A program made the position numbers and the translations under genes. The notes under the pieces were generated by a model, which was given only the letters and a program-made list of their open reading frames with translations, made no database searches and was not told the DNA's origin. A stretch of DNA of 32,000 nt. It comes from Pasteurella multocida. GTDB lineage: Bacteria > Pseudomonadota > Gammaproteobacteria > Enterobacterales > Pasteurellaceae. The DNA lies in contig NZ_LT906458.1 in the NCBI RefSeq assembly GCF_900187275.1, positions 540,001 through 572,000 on the forward strand, read 5' to 3'. Below are positions 11,060-21,154 of the stretch, one piece after another; position 1 is the stretch's first letter; each line of letters begins with the position of its first letter.

Positions 11060-11945
11060 ATTTGAGTATTGCTTGAAGTGCGGATTTTAATTCAGGGTAA
11101 TCAAAGACAAATCCTTGAGCGAGAAGTTTTTCGGGCACAATTTTTTGGCTATCTAAAAGTAACTGTGTGCGTTCGCCGAGGAAAAAGCGGAGAAGCAATT
11201 CAGGCACAGTGGCAAATGCAGGTCGCTTAAGGATGTTCGCTAAGGTGTTGTTGAATTCAACATGACGAACTGGATTAGGGGAAACCAAATTAAAGGCGCC
11301 CTGACATTGGTGATTTTCTAATAAAAATAAAATGCCCTTCACCATGTCGTCGAGTGCGATCCATGCCCAATATTGCTTGCCAGAACCTAACTTTCCCCCA
11401 AGCCCTAAACGATAGAGGGGGAGCATTTTCGCTAAAGCACCGCCTGTTTTACTCAGGACAATCCCTGTACGCAATAAACAAACTCGTGTTTTGGCGCATA
11501 ACGCTTCTGATTCCCAACGTTGGCACAGTTGGCTTGGAAACGTATCTGTTGCTGGCGCGTTTTCCGTGATGATTTCTTCTGCTTTATGTCCATAATAACC
11601 AGTGGCTGAGCCTGAAATAAAGGTATGCGGTGGGGTGCGACTGGCATTGATTCGTTGTACTAACTGTGCCGTTAAATTGACGCGGCTTTCTACTAGACGT
11701 TGTTTTTGTTGGGCTGTCCAACGTTTTTCAAAAATAGGTTCGCCAGCGAGATTAATAACTGCATCGAAGGTATCTAGCGTTGTATATTGTGCAAGAGAAG
11801 AAATGAGTGTGACAGAAGCAGGTAACTTCTGTTTGGCGGCTTTAGGATCTCGAACCAATGCGGTGACCCCATGTGCGTGTTTGATGAGTTGCGAAGTTAG
11901 GTGGGAGCCAATTAATCCTGTTGCACCGGTAATTAAAATATTCAT
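11058..11945 (-). CDS. yfcH: Epimerase-family SDR protein (YfcH / TIGR01777-like, DUF1731 C-terminus)
   Basis: Has the N-terminal Rossmann motif ILITGATGLIGSHL. The 295-aa architecture is typical of YfcH. Confidence 0.85.
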   Translation of the reverse strand: MNILITGATGLIGSHLTSQLIKHAHGVTALVRDPKAAKQKLPASVTLISSLAQYTTLDTFDAVINLAGEPIFEKRWTAQQKQRLVESRVNLTAQLVQRINASRTPPHTFISGSATGYYGHKAEEIITENAPATDTFPSQLCQRWESEALCAKTRVCLLRTGIVLSKTGGALAKMLPLYRLGLGGKLGSGKQYWAWIALDDMVKGILFLLENHQCQGAFNLVSPNPVRHVEFNNTLANILKRPAFATVPELLLRFFLGERTQLLLDSQKIVPEKLLAQGFVFDYPELKSALQAILK

Positions 11946-11968
11946 GTTAAGCCCCCACTATCATTGTG

Positions 11969-12436
11969 TTATATACTGCTTTCAAATAAATTTCGGATAC
12001 TTTTGATTAAATCTGCAATATTGGCATCTAAAGTGGGGGTGACAAAAATCGTATCATCACCTGCGATTGTTCCTAAGATGCCGTCGGCTTTACCAATCGA
12101 GTCGAGCAGTCGCGCAATTAATTGGGCTGCACCAGGCGTCGTTCTTATTACGACAACAAAATGGTTGTGATCAATGTCTAGAACTAAATTTTTCAGTGGG
12201 CTTTTGGTATTTGGCACACTGAGTTCATTTGGCAAGCAATAAACCATTTCCATGCGGGTATTGCGTGTTCTGACCGCGCCAAATTTGGTTAACATTCGTG
12301 AGACTTTCGATTGGTTAATCTGTGTAAAACCAAGCTCTTGTAAGGCTTGTACAATCTCGCTTTGTGAGCCAAATCGTTCCTGGGCAAGAAGATCTTTAAA
12401 GGCATTGAGTAAGTTATCTTGTTTCTCGTAATTCAT
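11969..12436 (-). CDS. argR: Arginine repressor
   Basis: [20 protein letters not shown] and [13 protein letters not shown] match E. coli ArgR. ATG at 12436 (MNYEKQDNL...). The ORF-track start at 12487 is an upstream extension. Confidence 0.93.
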   Translation of the reverse strand: MNYEKQDNLLNAFKDLLAQERFGSQSEIVQALQELGFTQINQSKVSRMLTKFGAVRTRNTRMEMVYCLPNELSVPNTKSPLKNLVLDIDHNHFVVVIRTTPGAAQLIARLLDSIGKADGILGTIAGDDTIFVTPTLDANIADLIKSIRNLFESSI

Positions 12437-12460
12437 AGTGGGGGTTCCTTTCACCAGATA

Positions 12461-12505
12461 ATGCAATGATCTTGCATAAATTTGCATAAATATGCAAATG
12501 AATTC
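12461..12505. promoter_or_regulatory. Putative ArgR operator: helically phased TGCA(T/A)AA repeats including the ARG-box-like palindrome TGCATAAATATGCA
   Basis: TGCA occurs at 12462, 12473, 12483 and 12493 (spacing 11, 10, 10). There is a tandem 10-mer TTGCATAAAT x2 at 12472-12491. The palindrome at 12483-12496 resembles the ARG half-sites TGAAT/ATTCA. The cluster lies 25-70 bp upstream of the argR ATG. Confidence 0.5.
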
Positions 12506-12587
12506 CGCCGTCTTGTTTTGTTTTTATGCAAATAAGAGGCTTTTTTTGTGAAAATTTGAGTTAGATCTCACTATTGCATTTCTTTAT

Positions 12588-12616
12588 TTGAAATTGGTTG
12601 TGGTTCATTCTAAAAT
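12588..12616 (+). promoter_or_regulatory. Putative mdh promoter TTGAAA-17-TAAAAT
   Basis: -35 at 12588-12593 and -10 at 12611-12616, 39 nt upstream of the mdh ATG. Confidence 0.45.
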
Positions 12617-12654
12617 CATAGGTATTTAGTTTATTAACCCATAAGGAGTAGCAA

Positions 12655-13590
12655 ATGAAAGTTGCAGTTCTAGGTGCCGCAGGTGGTATTGGTCAAGCGT
12701 TAGCATTATTATTGAAATTACAATTACCAGCCGGTTCAGAGTTATCATTATATGATATTGCCCCCGTGACACCAGGTGTTGCTGCGGATGTCAGCCATAT
12801 TCCAACAGCTGTAAAAGTGCAAGGATTTGCCGGTGAAGATCCAACACCTGCATTACAAGGGGCTGATGTAGTATTAATTTCTGCAGGTGTTGCACGTAAA
12901 CCGGGTATGGATCGTTCTGATTTATTTAATATTAATGCCGGTATCGTGCGTAACTTAATTGAGAAAGTTGCGCAAGTTTGTCCAAAAGCTTGTGTGGGGA
13001 TTATTACTAATCCAGTGAATACGACAGTAGCAATTGCGGCTGAAGTATTGAAAAAAGCGGGTGTTTACGATAAGCGTAAATTATTCGGTGTAACCACATT
13101 AGATATTATTCGTTCTGAAACCTTTGTATCAGAATTGAAAAATTTAGAGCCAGCGCGCACGACAGTGCCTGTGATTGGTGGGCATTCTGGTGTCACCATT
13201 CTTCCATTACTTTCTCAAGTCCAATACGCAGAGTGGAATGAAGCGGAAATTGCACCATTAACAAAACGTATTCAAAATGCGGGTACCGAAGTGGTCGAAG
13301 CAAAAGCGGGTGGTGGTTCAGCAACGTTATCCATGGCACAAGCCGCAGCACGTTTTGCACTTTCTTTAGTTAAAGGCTTAAATGGGGAAAATGTAGTTGA
13401 ATGTACTTATGTGGAAGGTGATGGCAAATATGCCCGTTTCTTTGCTCAGCCTGTTCGTTTAGGTAAAGAAGGGGTTGAAGAAATCCTGCCATTAGGACCA
13501 TTGAGTGCATTTGAACAACACGCATTAGATGCAATGTTAGAAACATTACGTGCGGATATTGAATTAGGCGAGAAATTTGTCAATCAATAA
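12655..13590 (+). CDS. mdh: Malate dehydrogenase
   Basis: [21 protein letters not shown], 311 aa. It is divergent from argR, as in E. coli. Confidence 0.96.
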   Translation: MKVAVLGAAGGIGQALALLLKLQLPAGSELSLYDIAPVTPGVAADVSHIPTAVKVQGFAGEDPTPALQGADVVLISAGVARKPGMDRSDLFNINAGIVRNLIEKVAQVCPKACVGIITNPVNTTVAIAAEVLKKAGVYDKRKLFGVTTLDIIRSETFVSELKNLEPARTTVPVIGGHSGVTILPLLSQVQYAEWNEAEIAPLTKRIQNAGTEVVEAKAGGGSATLSMAQAAARFALSLVKGLNGENVVECTYVEGDGKYARFFAQPVRLGKEGVEEILPLGPLSAFEQHALDAMLETLRADIELGEKFVNQ

Positions 13591-13615
13591 TCTGTGACAG
13601 GAAAAAGTGATTTCT

Positions 13616-13649
13616 AAAGAGTATCAAGATTTATTGATACTCTTTTTTT
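13616..13649 (+). terminator. mdh intrinsic terminator
   Basis: AAAGAGTATCAA (13616-13627) pairs with TTGATACTCTTT (13634-13645), followed by a T-run. Confidence 0.8.
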
Positions 13650-13693
13650 ATCACAGCTAAGCCGAAATCATTTTTACTTTTTTATCTTAAAAG

Positions 13694-13709
13694 CGTGAAT
13701 TAGTTCACA
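13694..13709. promoter_or_regulatory. CRP-binding-site-like palindrome CGTGA-ATTAGT-TCACA
   Basis: Matches 9 of the 10 core positions of TGTGA-N6-TCACA, with an AAA 5' flank. It is intergenic. Confidence 0.5.
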
Positions 13710-13761
13710 CTATTGAAAATACCCATTTGCTAACTAAGGTTTATTTTCGTATTCTGTGTCT

Positions 13762-13840
13762 AGCTAAAAATAAGTGCTATAAAAAATAGCCGACATATTT
13801 TGCTTTCCGAGTAGTGCCTTGTTTCAAGGCACTTTTTTTT
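13762..13840 (+). ncRNA. Candidate small RNA (~80 nt; alternative ~52-nt form from a TGcTATAAA extended -10 at 13775-13783)
   Basis: TTGCTA (13727-13732)-17 nt-TATTCT (13750-13755) predicts a TSS near 13762. A 5' hairpin GCTAT-AAAAA-ATAGC lies at 13776-13790, followed by a U-rich linker. The terminator stem is AGTGCCTT/AAGGCACT at 13813-13833 plus T8 at 13833-13840. No ATG-initiated ORF is present. Confidence 0.35.
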
Positions 13841-13845
13841 GTTTC

Positions 13846-13875
13846 AAAAAAAGCTGATATTTCTATCAGCTTTTG
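13846..13875 (-). terminator. argS intrinsic terminator
   Basis: AGCTGATA (13852-13859) pairs with TATCAGCT (13864-13871). The A7 run at 13846-13852 gives U7 on the minus strand. Confidence 0.75.
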
Positions 13876-13891
13876 TGATTGCCTTCGATGA

Positions 13892-15625
13892 TTACATCTT
13901 ATCAACAGTCTTAATACCCAACAAATCGAGTCCTTGTTTTAAGGTTTTTTCTGTTAATAATGCCAGTTTTAAGCGACTGCGTTTAATTTGTTCATCTTCA
14001 TTATTCAGAATTGGGCAGTGTTCATAGAATGAAGAAAAGACACCTGCTAATTCATATAAATAGGTACACAACACATGAGGTGTGCCTTCTTTGGCAACAA
14101 ATTGGATTGCTTCTTCAAATTGTAACAATTTAATCGCCAACAAGCGCTCTTTTTCATTGCTGAGCACAACAGGACTTTCGCTAAGATCCTGTTCATTTAG
14201 TTCACTACGATTGAAGATAGAGCGAATACGGGTATAGGCATATTGCATATACGGTGCGGTATTCCCTTCAAAGCTGAGCATATTATCCCAATCAAACACA
14301 TAATCTGTAGTTCGATTTTTAGAGAGGTCAGCATATTTGACAGAACCAATCGCAACCGCTTCAATGACCGCCGCTTTTTCTTGTGCGGAAAGTGCGGTGC
14401 TTTTTTCCTGAATTAATTGGGTGGCACGTTCAACTGCTTCGTCGAGTAAATCTGCCAGTTTTACCGTTCCCCCAGTACGCGTTTTGAAAGGCTTTCCGTC
14501 TTTGCCTAACATCATCCCAAAGTTTTTATGTTCTAATTGGAAGCTGTCTGGCACATAACCTGCTTTACGTGTGATTAACCAAGCCTGTTGCATATGTTGG
14601 CTTTGACGTGTATCTGAAAATACCAGTGCGCGATCCGCTTTTAACGTTTCATAGCGGTATTTGGCTGCCGCAATATCTGTGGTGGTGTACAGAAATCCGC
14701 CATCTTTTTTCTGGACAATCACCCCCATTGGTTCCCCTTCTTTATTTTTAAACTCATCAAGGTAAACCACGAATGCCCCTTCGTCTTCAACGGCAAGACC
14801 TTGTTGTTTCAGATCCGCGACGATATCGGACAACATGGGATTGTATAAACTTTCTCCCATGACATCCTTTTCGGTCAATGTGACATTTAAGCGGTCATAA
14901 TTGTGTTGATTTTGTTGCATGGTGATATCAACTAATTTTTTCCACATAGTGCGACAATATTCATCACCACTTTGTAATTTCACCACATAGTTACGCGCTT
15001 TTTCCGCAAAAACGGGGTCCGAGTCATAATGTTCTTTCGCCGCACGATAGAAGGCTTCTAAATCGCTCAGTTCCATTTCACTGGCACTTTCATTTTCAAC
15101 TTTTTCTAGGTAAGCAATCAACATACCGAATTGGGTTCCCCAGTCACCCACATGGTTAGCACGAATCACTTTATTACCTAAAAATTCGAGTGTTCGTACG
15201 ACAGCATCACCAATGATAGTGGAGCGTAAGTGACCCACATGCATTTCTTTGGCAACATTTGGTGAGGAATAATCGGCAACAACGGTTTGTGTTTCTGTGG
15301 CTTGGATACCGAGTTTGTCATCGTTGACGGCAAGGCTGATTTGTTCAGCTAACCAATTTTTATCTAAGAAAAGATTAATAAAACCAGGACCCGCGATTTC
15401 GATTTTTTCAGCTATTTCGCTTAAATCAAGTTGTTCGATAACTTGTTGTGCGAATTCACGCGGATTACGTCCAAGCTTTTTCGCTGCCGCCATAATGCCA
15501 TTAGCTTGATAGTCACCAAATTGTACTTTTGCTGATTGGCGAACTAAAGCATCGGATTGGGTATCTGCACCGCTAGCAATCATGGCTTGTTGAATTTTAT
15601 GAGATAAAATAGATTGAATATTCAC
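13892..15625 (-). CDS. argS: Arginine--tRNA ligase
   Basis: Class I HIGH-type motif HVGHLRS is present. Length is 577 aa with full-length ArgRS similarity. Confidence 0.96.
   Translation of the reverse strand: MNIQSILSHKIQQAMIASGADTQSDALVRQSAKVQFGDYQANGIMAAAKKLGRNPREFAQQVIEQLDLSEIAEKIEIAGPGFINLFLDKNWLAEQISLAVNDDKLGIQATETQTVVADYSSPNVAKEMHVGHLRSTIIGDAVVRTLEFLGNKVIRANHVGDWGTQFGMLIAYLEKVENESASEMELSDLEAFYRAAKEHYDSDPVFAEKARNYVVKLQSGDEYCRTMWKKLVDITMQQNQHNYDRLNVTLTEKDVMGESLYNPMLSDIVADLKQQGLAVEDEGAFVVYLDEFKNKEGEPMGVIVQKKDGGFLYTTTDIAAAKYRYETLKADRALVFSDTRQSQHMQQAWLITRKAGYVPDSFQLEHKNFGMMLGKDGKPFKTRTGGTVKLADLLDEAVERATQLIQEKSTALSAQEKAAVIEAVAIGSVKYADLSKNRTTDYVFDWDNMLSFEGNTAPYMQYAYTRIRSIFNRSELNEQDLSESPVVLSNEKERLLAIKLLQFEEAIQFVAKEGTPHVLCTYLYELAGVFSSFYEHCPILNNEDEQIKRSRLKLALLTEKTLKQGLDLLGIKTVDKM
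14390..14398 (+). repeat. USS core AAGTGCGGT (inside argS, opposite strand)
   Basis: Perfect 9-mer. Confidence 0.8.
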
Positions 15626-15711
15626 CGTTTTATACCTAAGAATAACAATTAATAAAATAATCGGTTATGATACCGTTCTTTCCTTATTCAGAAAAGATAA
15701 AGCGAGAAAAA

Positions 15712-16302
15712 ATGATAACTTTTAATCCTTCACATGATTTATGCAATCAATATGCTGAACATTTCGTACAATTTCGTACCTTTGAACACAATATTCAGCA
15801 ATTAGCAGAAATCATGCACTTAGATCTTTCTCAATATGAAATCGATCACATTGCATTGCGTGTTAACACGGAACAAAGTGCAAAATATTGGCTGACACTC
15901 TTATTAAAATACGGTACAATTTTGTCCGATAATCTGGTGAATGGACGGATTATTTATTTGATCAAGTTAGATAGCCCCTTGCTGTTTTTGGGACAATCTA
16001 TTGATGTTATTGAATTACCTTTTCCTAAAAATAAGAGTTATCTCGTTGAAGGATGGGAACATATTGAAATTGTGATGCCATTTTTGCCACATGAAACGGT
16101 AGAAAAATGGGTTGCGCGGATCAATCATACGTTTTTATGGGAACTATCGGATAATTTAAACGTCAAATTGAGTGAACCTCGAGTGGAAGGCGAACAATTA
16201 CTTAATCCATCGATTGCCGTCAGCTTTGTGGATAAGCAACACAATCCTACTTGTATTAAAGTTCACCCTTATCACATAAAAAAAATTATTGAGGCTGAGT
16301 AA
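15712..16302 (+). CDS. yecM: YecM-like VOC-fold metal-binding protein
   Basis: IDHIALR...NGR.I.L.KL...IELP.P....Y..EGWEHIEIV matches E. coli YecM. It is divergent from argS, as in E. coli. The start is ambiguous: ATG 15712 is preferred by alignment and ATG 15667 is also possible. Confidence 0.8.
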   Translation: MITFNPSHDLCNQYAEHFVQFRTFEHNIQQLAEIMHLDLSQYEIDHIALRVNTEQSAKYWLTLLLKYGTILSDNLVNGRIIYLIKLDSPLLFLGQSIDVIELPFPKNKSYLVEGWEHIEIVMPFLPHETVEKWVARINHTFLWELSDNLNVKLSEPRVEGEQLLNPSIAVSFVDKQHNPTCIKVHPYHIKKIIEAE

Positions 16303-16303
16303 A

Positions 16304-16610
16304 ATGAAGAAAGCAGCGGTATTAGCAGTGGTATTAAGTTTAGGATTAGCAGGCTGTAGTAAAAATTATAATGACCAATATCATGGTAATGGTTATCGTG
16401 CAGAAATCACTATTTAGTGAATACAATGGCGAAAATTTAACCTTAACTGTGCGTAAAAATAATTGCGAACATGAAGATGGTCCAATTGAAACAATACAAA
16501 TTGGACATAAATACGATTCAACTTTGGTTGTCGGTGCTTGTGTTCGAGTACTTGACAATAATGAAGGATTAAAGAACATTTCTACCTTTAATCCAAGATC
16601 ACCTTTATAA
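16304..16610 (+). pseudogene. Small lipoprotein gene split by a +1 frameshift (signal peptide/lipobox ORF 16304-16417; C-terminal ORF in the next frame to 16610)
   Basis: MKKAAVLAVVLSLGLAGC (lipobox LAGC) continues to a TAG at 16415-16417. The remaining 79-aa ORF lies in the +1 frame, which is open from 16350, and has no signal peptide or RBS of its own. Removing one A from GAAATC (16403-16408) fuses the two ORFs. Confidence 0.6.
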
Positions 16611-16637
16611 TAATTCTATTTTTAAAGTAGGAGTTCT

Positions 16638-17102
16638 ATGAAAAAAGTAACATTTGCCTTAGCTATTTTAATGAGTTTAGGCTTAGCAGGTTGCGCTAAC
16701 ACCGACATTTACAGTGGTAATGTGTACGAAGGTAATCAAGCAAAAGAAGTACGTTCAATTTCTTATGGTACGATTGTTTCTAGTCGTCCTGTCAAAATTC
16801 AAGCTGATAGCCAAGGAGTTCTTGGTGGCTTTGGTGGCGGTGCGCTAGGGGGTATCGTAGGTTCTGGTATCGGTGGTGGTACTGGTCAAATGATTGCAAC
16901 GACAGTTGGAGCAATTGCTGGTGCAGTTATTGGCGCGAAAGCGGAAGAAAAATTGAACCAAGTAGATTCTTTAGAATTAGTGATCAAAAAAGACAACGGA
17001 CAAGAAATCGTTGTTGTACAAAAATATGATCAAAGCTTAGTTCCAGGTGCGCGTGTGCGTATCGTAGGTGGTTCTAAAGTGAATGTATCTGTGATTCATT
17101 AA
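16638..17102 (+). CDS. pcp: Outer-membrane lipoprotein PCP (SlyB/glycine-zipper family)
   Basis: Has the lipobox LAGC and the Gly-zipper GGFGGGALGGIVGSGIGGGTG. Closely collinear with H. influenzae PCP as recalled. AGGAG RBS present. Confidence 0.85.
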   Translation: MKKVTFALAILMSLGLAGCANTDIYSGNVYEGNQAKEVRSISYGTIVSSRPVKIQADSQGVLGGFGGGALGGIVGSGIGGGTGQMIATTVGAIAGAVIGAKAEEKLNQVDSLELVIKKDNGQEIVVVQKYDQSLVPGARVRIVGGSKVNVSVIH

Positions 17103-17120
17103 GATTTCTTTTATTCATGA

Positions 17121-17159
17121 AAAGGCTTTCAGTAACTTAACTGAAGGCCTTTTTCTTTT
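17121..17159 (+). terminator. pcp intrinsic terminator
   Basis: AAAGGCTTTCAGT pairs with ACTGAAGGCCTTT, followed by TTTTCTTTT. Confidence 0.8.
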
Positions 17160-17266
17160 ACTCTTAGAAACAGATTATTGGCAATATTTCTATAATTTCT
17201 TTCACAATACATGTTAGAATTATTCGATTTTTTATTTCGTTTTTGTTAATTCAGTAAGGTTAAGGA

Positions 17267-18349
17267 ATGAAACCCACAATTATCAGTAAATTAGAAAGTT
17301 TGAAAGAGCGCCACGAGGAGCTAGAAGCACTATTGGGTGAGGCTTCTGTTATCAGTGATCAAGATAAATTTCGAGCTTACTCAAAAGAATATGCACAATT
17401 AGAAGATGTGGTGAAATGTTTTGCTCGTTGGAATCAATTAAACAGTAATATGGAAGAAGCGCAACTTTTACTCGATGATCCTAGCATGAAAGAAATGGCG
17501 CAAGAAGAAATTGAAGCATGTAAAACAGAAATCGAACAAGTTGAACAACAATTACAAATTTTATTGCTGCCAAAAGATCCAAATGATGAATATAACTGCT
17601 ATCTAGAAATTCGTGCTGGAACAGGTGGGGATGAAGCCGGGATTTTTGCTGGCGATTTATTCCGTATGTATAGCCGTTATGCAGAAAGTAAACGTTGGAA
17701 AGTAGAAGTATTAAGTGCCAATGAAAGTGAGCAGGGTGGTTATAAAGAAATTATTGTGAAGGTCAATGGTGAAGGTGTTTATGGGCAATTAAAATTTGAG
17801 TCAGGTGGTCACCGTGTTCAGCGTGTTCCTAAGACCGAATCACAAGGCCGCATTCATACCTCTGCTTGTACCGTTGCTGTGATGCCAGAGTTACCTGAGT
17901 CTGAGTTACCAGAAATCAATCCATCTGATTTACGTATTGATACTTACCGTTCTTCAGGGGCGGGTGGTCAGCACGTGAATACCACAGATTCGGCGGTGCG
18001 TATTACTCATATTCCAACGGGAATTGTGGTCGAGTGTCAAGATGAGCGTTCGCAGCATAAAAACAAAGCGAAAGCCATGTCTGTATTAGCTTCACGTATT
18101 GTTCAGGCGGAAAAAGAACGTCAAGAGCAAGCTCAAGCGGATACCCGTCGTAATTTATTGGGTTCTGGTGACCGATCAGACAAAATCCGCACCTACAACT
18201 ATCCACAAGGTCGTGTGACAGATCACCGTATTAACTTAACGGTTTACCGCTTAGATGAAGTGATGAATGGTAAAATTGATGAATTAATTCAACCAATTAT
18301 TACTGAATATCAAGCAGATCAACTTGCTGCCTTGTCAGAGCAAGCCTAA
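17267..18349 (+). CDS. prfA: Peptide chain release factor 1
   Basis: Contains the GGQ motif ([14 protein letters not shown]) and an RF1-type PxT tripeptide (PKT). Length is 360 aa. Confidence 0.96.
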   Translation: MKPTIISKLESLKERHEELEALLGEASVISDQDKFRAYSKEYAQLEDVVKCFARWNQLNSNMEEAQLLLDDPSMKEMAQEEIEACKTEIEQVEQQLQILLLPKDPNDEYNCYLEIRAGTGGDEAGIFAGDLFRMYSRYAESKRWKVEVLSANESEQGGYKEIIVKVNGEGVYGQLKFESGGHRVQRVPKTESQGRIHTSACTVAVMPELPESELPEINPSDLRIDTYRSSGAGGQHVNTTDSAVRITHIPTGIVVECQDERSQHKNKAKAMSVLASRIVQAEKERQEQAQADTRRNLLGSGDRSDKIRTYNYPQGRVTDHRINLTVYRLDEVMNGKIDELIQPIITEYQADQLAALSEQA

Positions 18350-18407
18350 TAGATATTAAAGCGAAATCTGTAGGTGATGGATATAAACATATTCAAATGA
18401 TTAAATA

Positions 18408-19304
18408 ATGACGTATCAAGAATGGCGACAATTCGCTGAACATGTATTGATGAAAAATAAGGAGAACGATCCTTTTTTAGATGTAAAAAGTGAGAGTGTT
18501 CTCTTATTACAAACCGTCACTAAACGTTCAAAAGCGAGTATTCTCGCTTTTTCAGAAACAGTGCTAACGGAAGTAGAATTACAGCAGTTAGCACAACTTT
18601 TAATGCGTCGTGCTAAAGGTGAGCCGATTGCCTATATTCTCGGGGAAAAAGCATTTTGGTCATTGTCATTGAAAGTGTCAGAACACACGTTGATTCCTCG
18701 TCCAGATACTGAAGTTTTAGTGGAGCATGCGTTAGACTTCGCAAAACAACGAGTGACTTCAGCGCACGTTTCCGGCGAACTTTCAATACTCGATTTAGGC
18801 ACAGGAACGGGGGCAATTGCATTAGCCTTAGCGGCAGAATTGACGCCGTTAACGCAAAAGTGCGGTATCAATTTAAATATTTTGGCTGTTGATCGCATTG
18901 CAGAAGCGGTCGCCTTAGCAAAAGACAATGCCAAGCAAAATGACTTAAAGGTTAACTTTTTACAAAGTGTGTGGTTTGATGCACTTAATCCAGAGATTCG
19001 CTTTGATTTGATTGTCAGTAACCCCCCTTACATTGATAAAAACGACCCGCATTTGACACAAGGTGATGTCCGTTTTGAGCCTTTATCTGCCTTAGTCGCC
19101 GCGGAAGAGGGGTATGCCGATATCCGCCATATTATTGAACAAGCCCCTTTGTTTTTAAAGCCACAAGGGGCGTTATTACTCGAACATGGCTGGCAACAAG
19201 CTGAAAAAGTGCGGTCAATTTTTCAAAAAAATTTATGGCATAAAGTTGCGACGCTAAAAGATTATAGTGGGAATGAAAGGGTAACCTTAGGTTGTTGGAG
19301 GTGA
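18408..19304 (+). CDS. prmC: Release-factor glutamine N5-methyltransferase
   Basis: Contains the NPPY motif (VSNPPYI) and the SAM motif LDLGTGTGAI. It is immediately downstream of prfA. Confidence 0.9.
   Translation: MTYQEWRQFAEHVLMKNKENDPFLDVKSESVLLLQTVTKRSKASILAFSETVLTEVELQQLAQLLMRRAKGEPIAYILGEKAFWSLSLKVSEHTLIPRPDTEVLVEHALDFAKQRVTSAHVSGELSILDLGTGTGAIALALAAELTPLTQKCGINLNILAVDRIAEAVALAKDNAKQNDLKVNFLQSVWFDALNPEIRFDLIVSNPPYIDKNDPHLTQGDVRFEPLSALVAAEEGYADIRHIIEQAPLFLKPQGALLLEHGWQQAEKVRSIFQKNLWHKVATLKDYSGNERVTLGCWR
18858..18866 (+). repeat. USS core AAGTGCGGT (in prmC)
   Basis: Perfect 9-mer. Confidence 0.8.
19207..19215 (+). repeat. USS core AAGTGCGGT (in prmC)
   Basis: Perfect 9-mer followed by CAATTTTT. 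Confidence 0.8.
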
Positions 19305-19309
19305 GTAGA

Positions 19310-20972
<1,663 letters not shown>

Positions 20973-20987
20973 TTTGTGTGAAAAACG

Positions 20988-21021
20988 AAAGCCCTGCCTT
21001 TTCTGAGGTAGGGCTTTTTTA
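20988..21021 (+). terminator. kdsA intrinsic terminator
   Basis: AAAGCCCTGCC pairs with GGTAGGGCTTT, followed by TTTT. Confidence 0.8.
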
Positions 21022-21154
21022 TATGTCTATATTATTCATAAAAGTCACTTATTTTTGAATGTATTGCAAAAATTTATTATTGCGCAAATTTCTATTTGCT
21101 ATCTGAAATTAAATTGGACAGAATAGAAATGCTGATAACAAAAAGGAGTGAATA

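Noticed and set aside
11602-12006. 134-aa plus-strand ORF antisense to the yfcH-like gene and reaching into the argR 3' end.
   Set aside because: It is entirely antisense to two confidently called genes. It has a Cys/Arg-rich nonsense-like translation and no RBS.
12557-12572. CRP-like TGAGT-TAGATC-TCACT (and an overlapping TGTGA at 12547-12551) upstream of mdh.
   Set aside because: Only 7/10 core positions match and the left half is weak. It cannot be distinguished from chance in AT-rich spacer.
13839-14027. 62-aa plus-strand ORF starting in the mdh-argS spacer.
   Set aside because: It begins with TTG inside the T-run of the terminator, reads through the argS terminator hairpin, and then runs antisense to the argS 3' end. 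It is not a credible gene.
18632-18934. 100-aa minus-strand ORF inside prmC.
   Set aside because: It is antisense to the conserved methyltransferase core and has no start context.
21020-21154. Possible minus-strand sRNA using the reverse side of the kdsA terminator, and the repeated ATTGC(A/G)CAAATTT motifs upstream of the dehydrogenase gene.
   Set aside because: There is no convincing minus-strand promoter and the resulting RNA would be very short. The repeats overlap ordinary promoter-like hexamers for the dehydrogenase gene.
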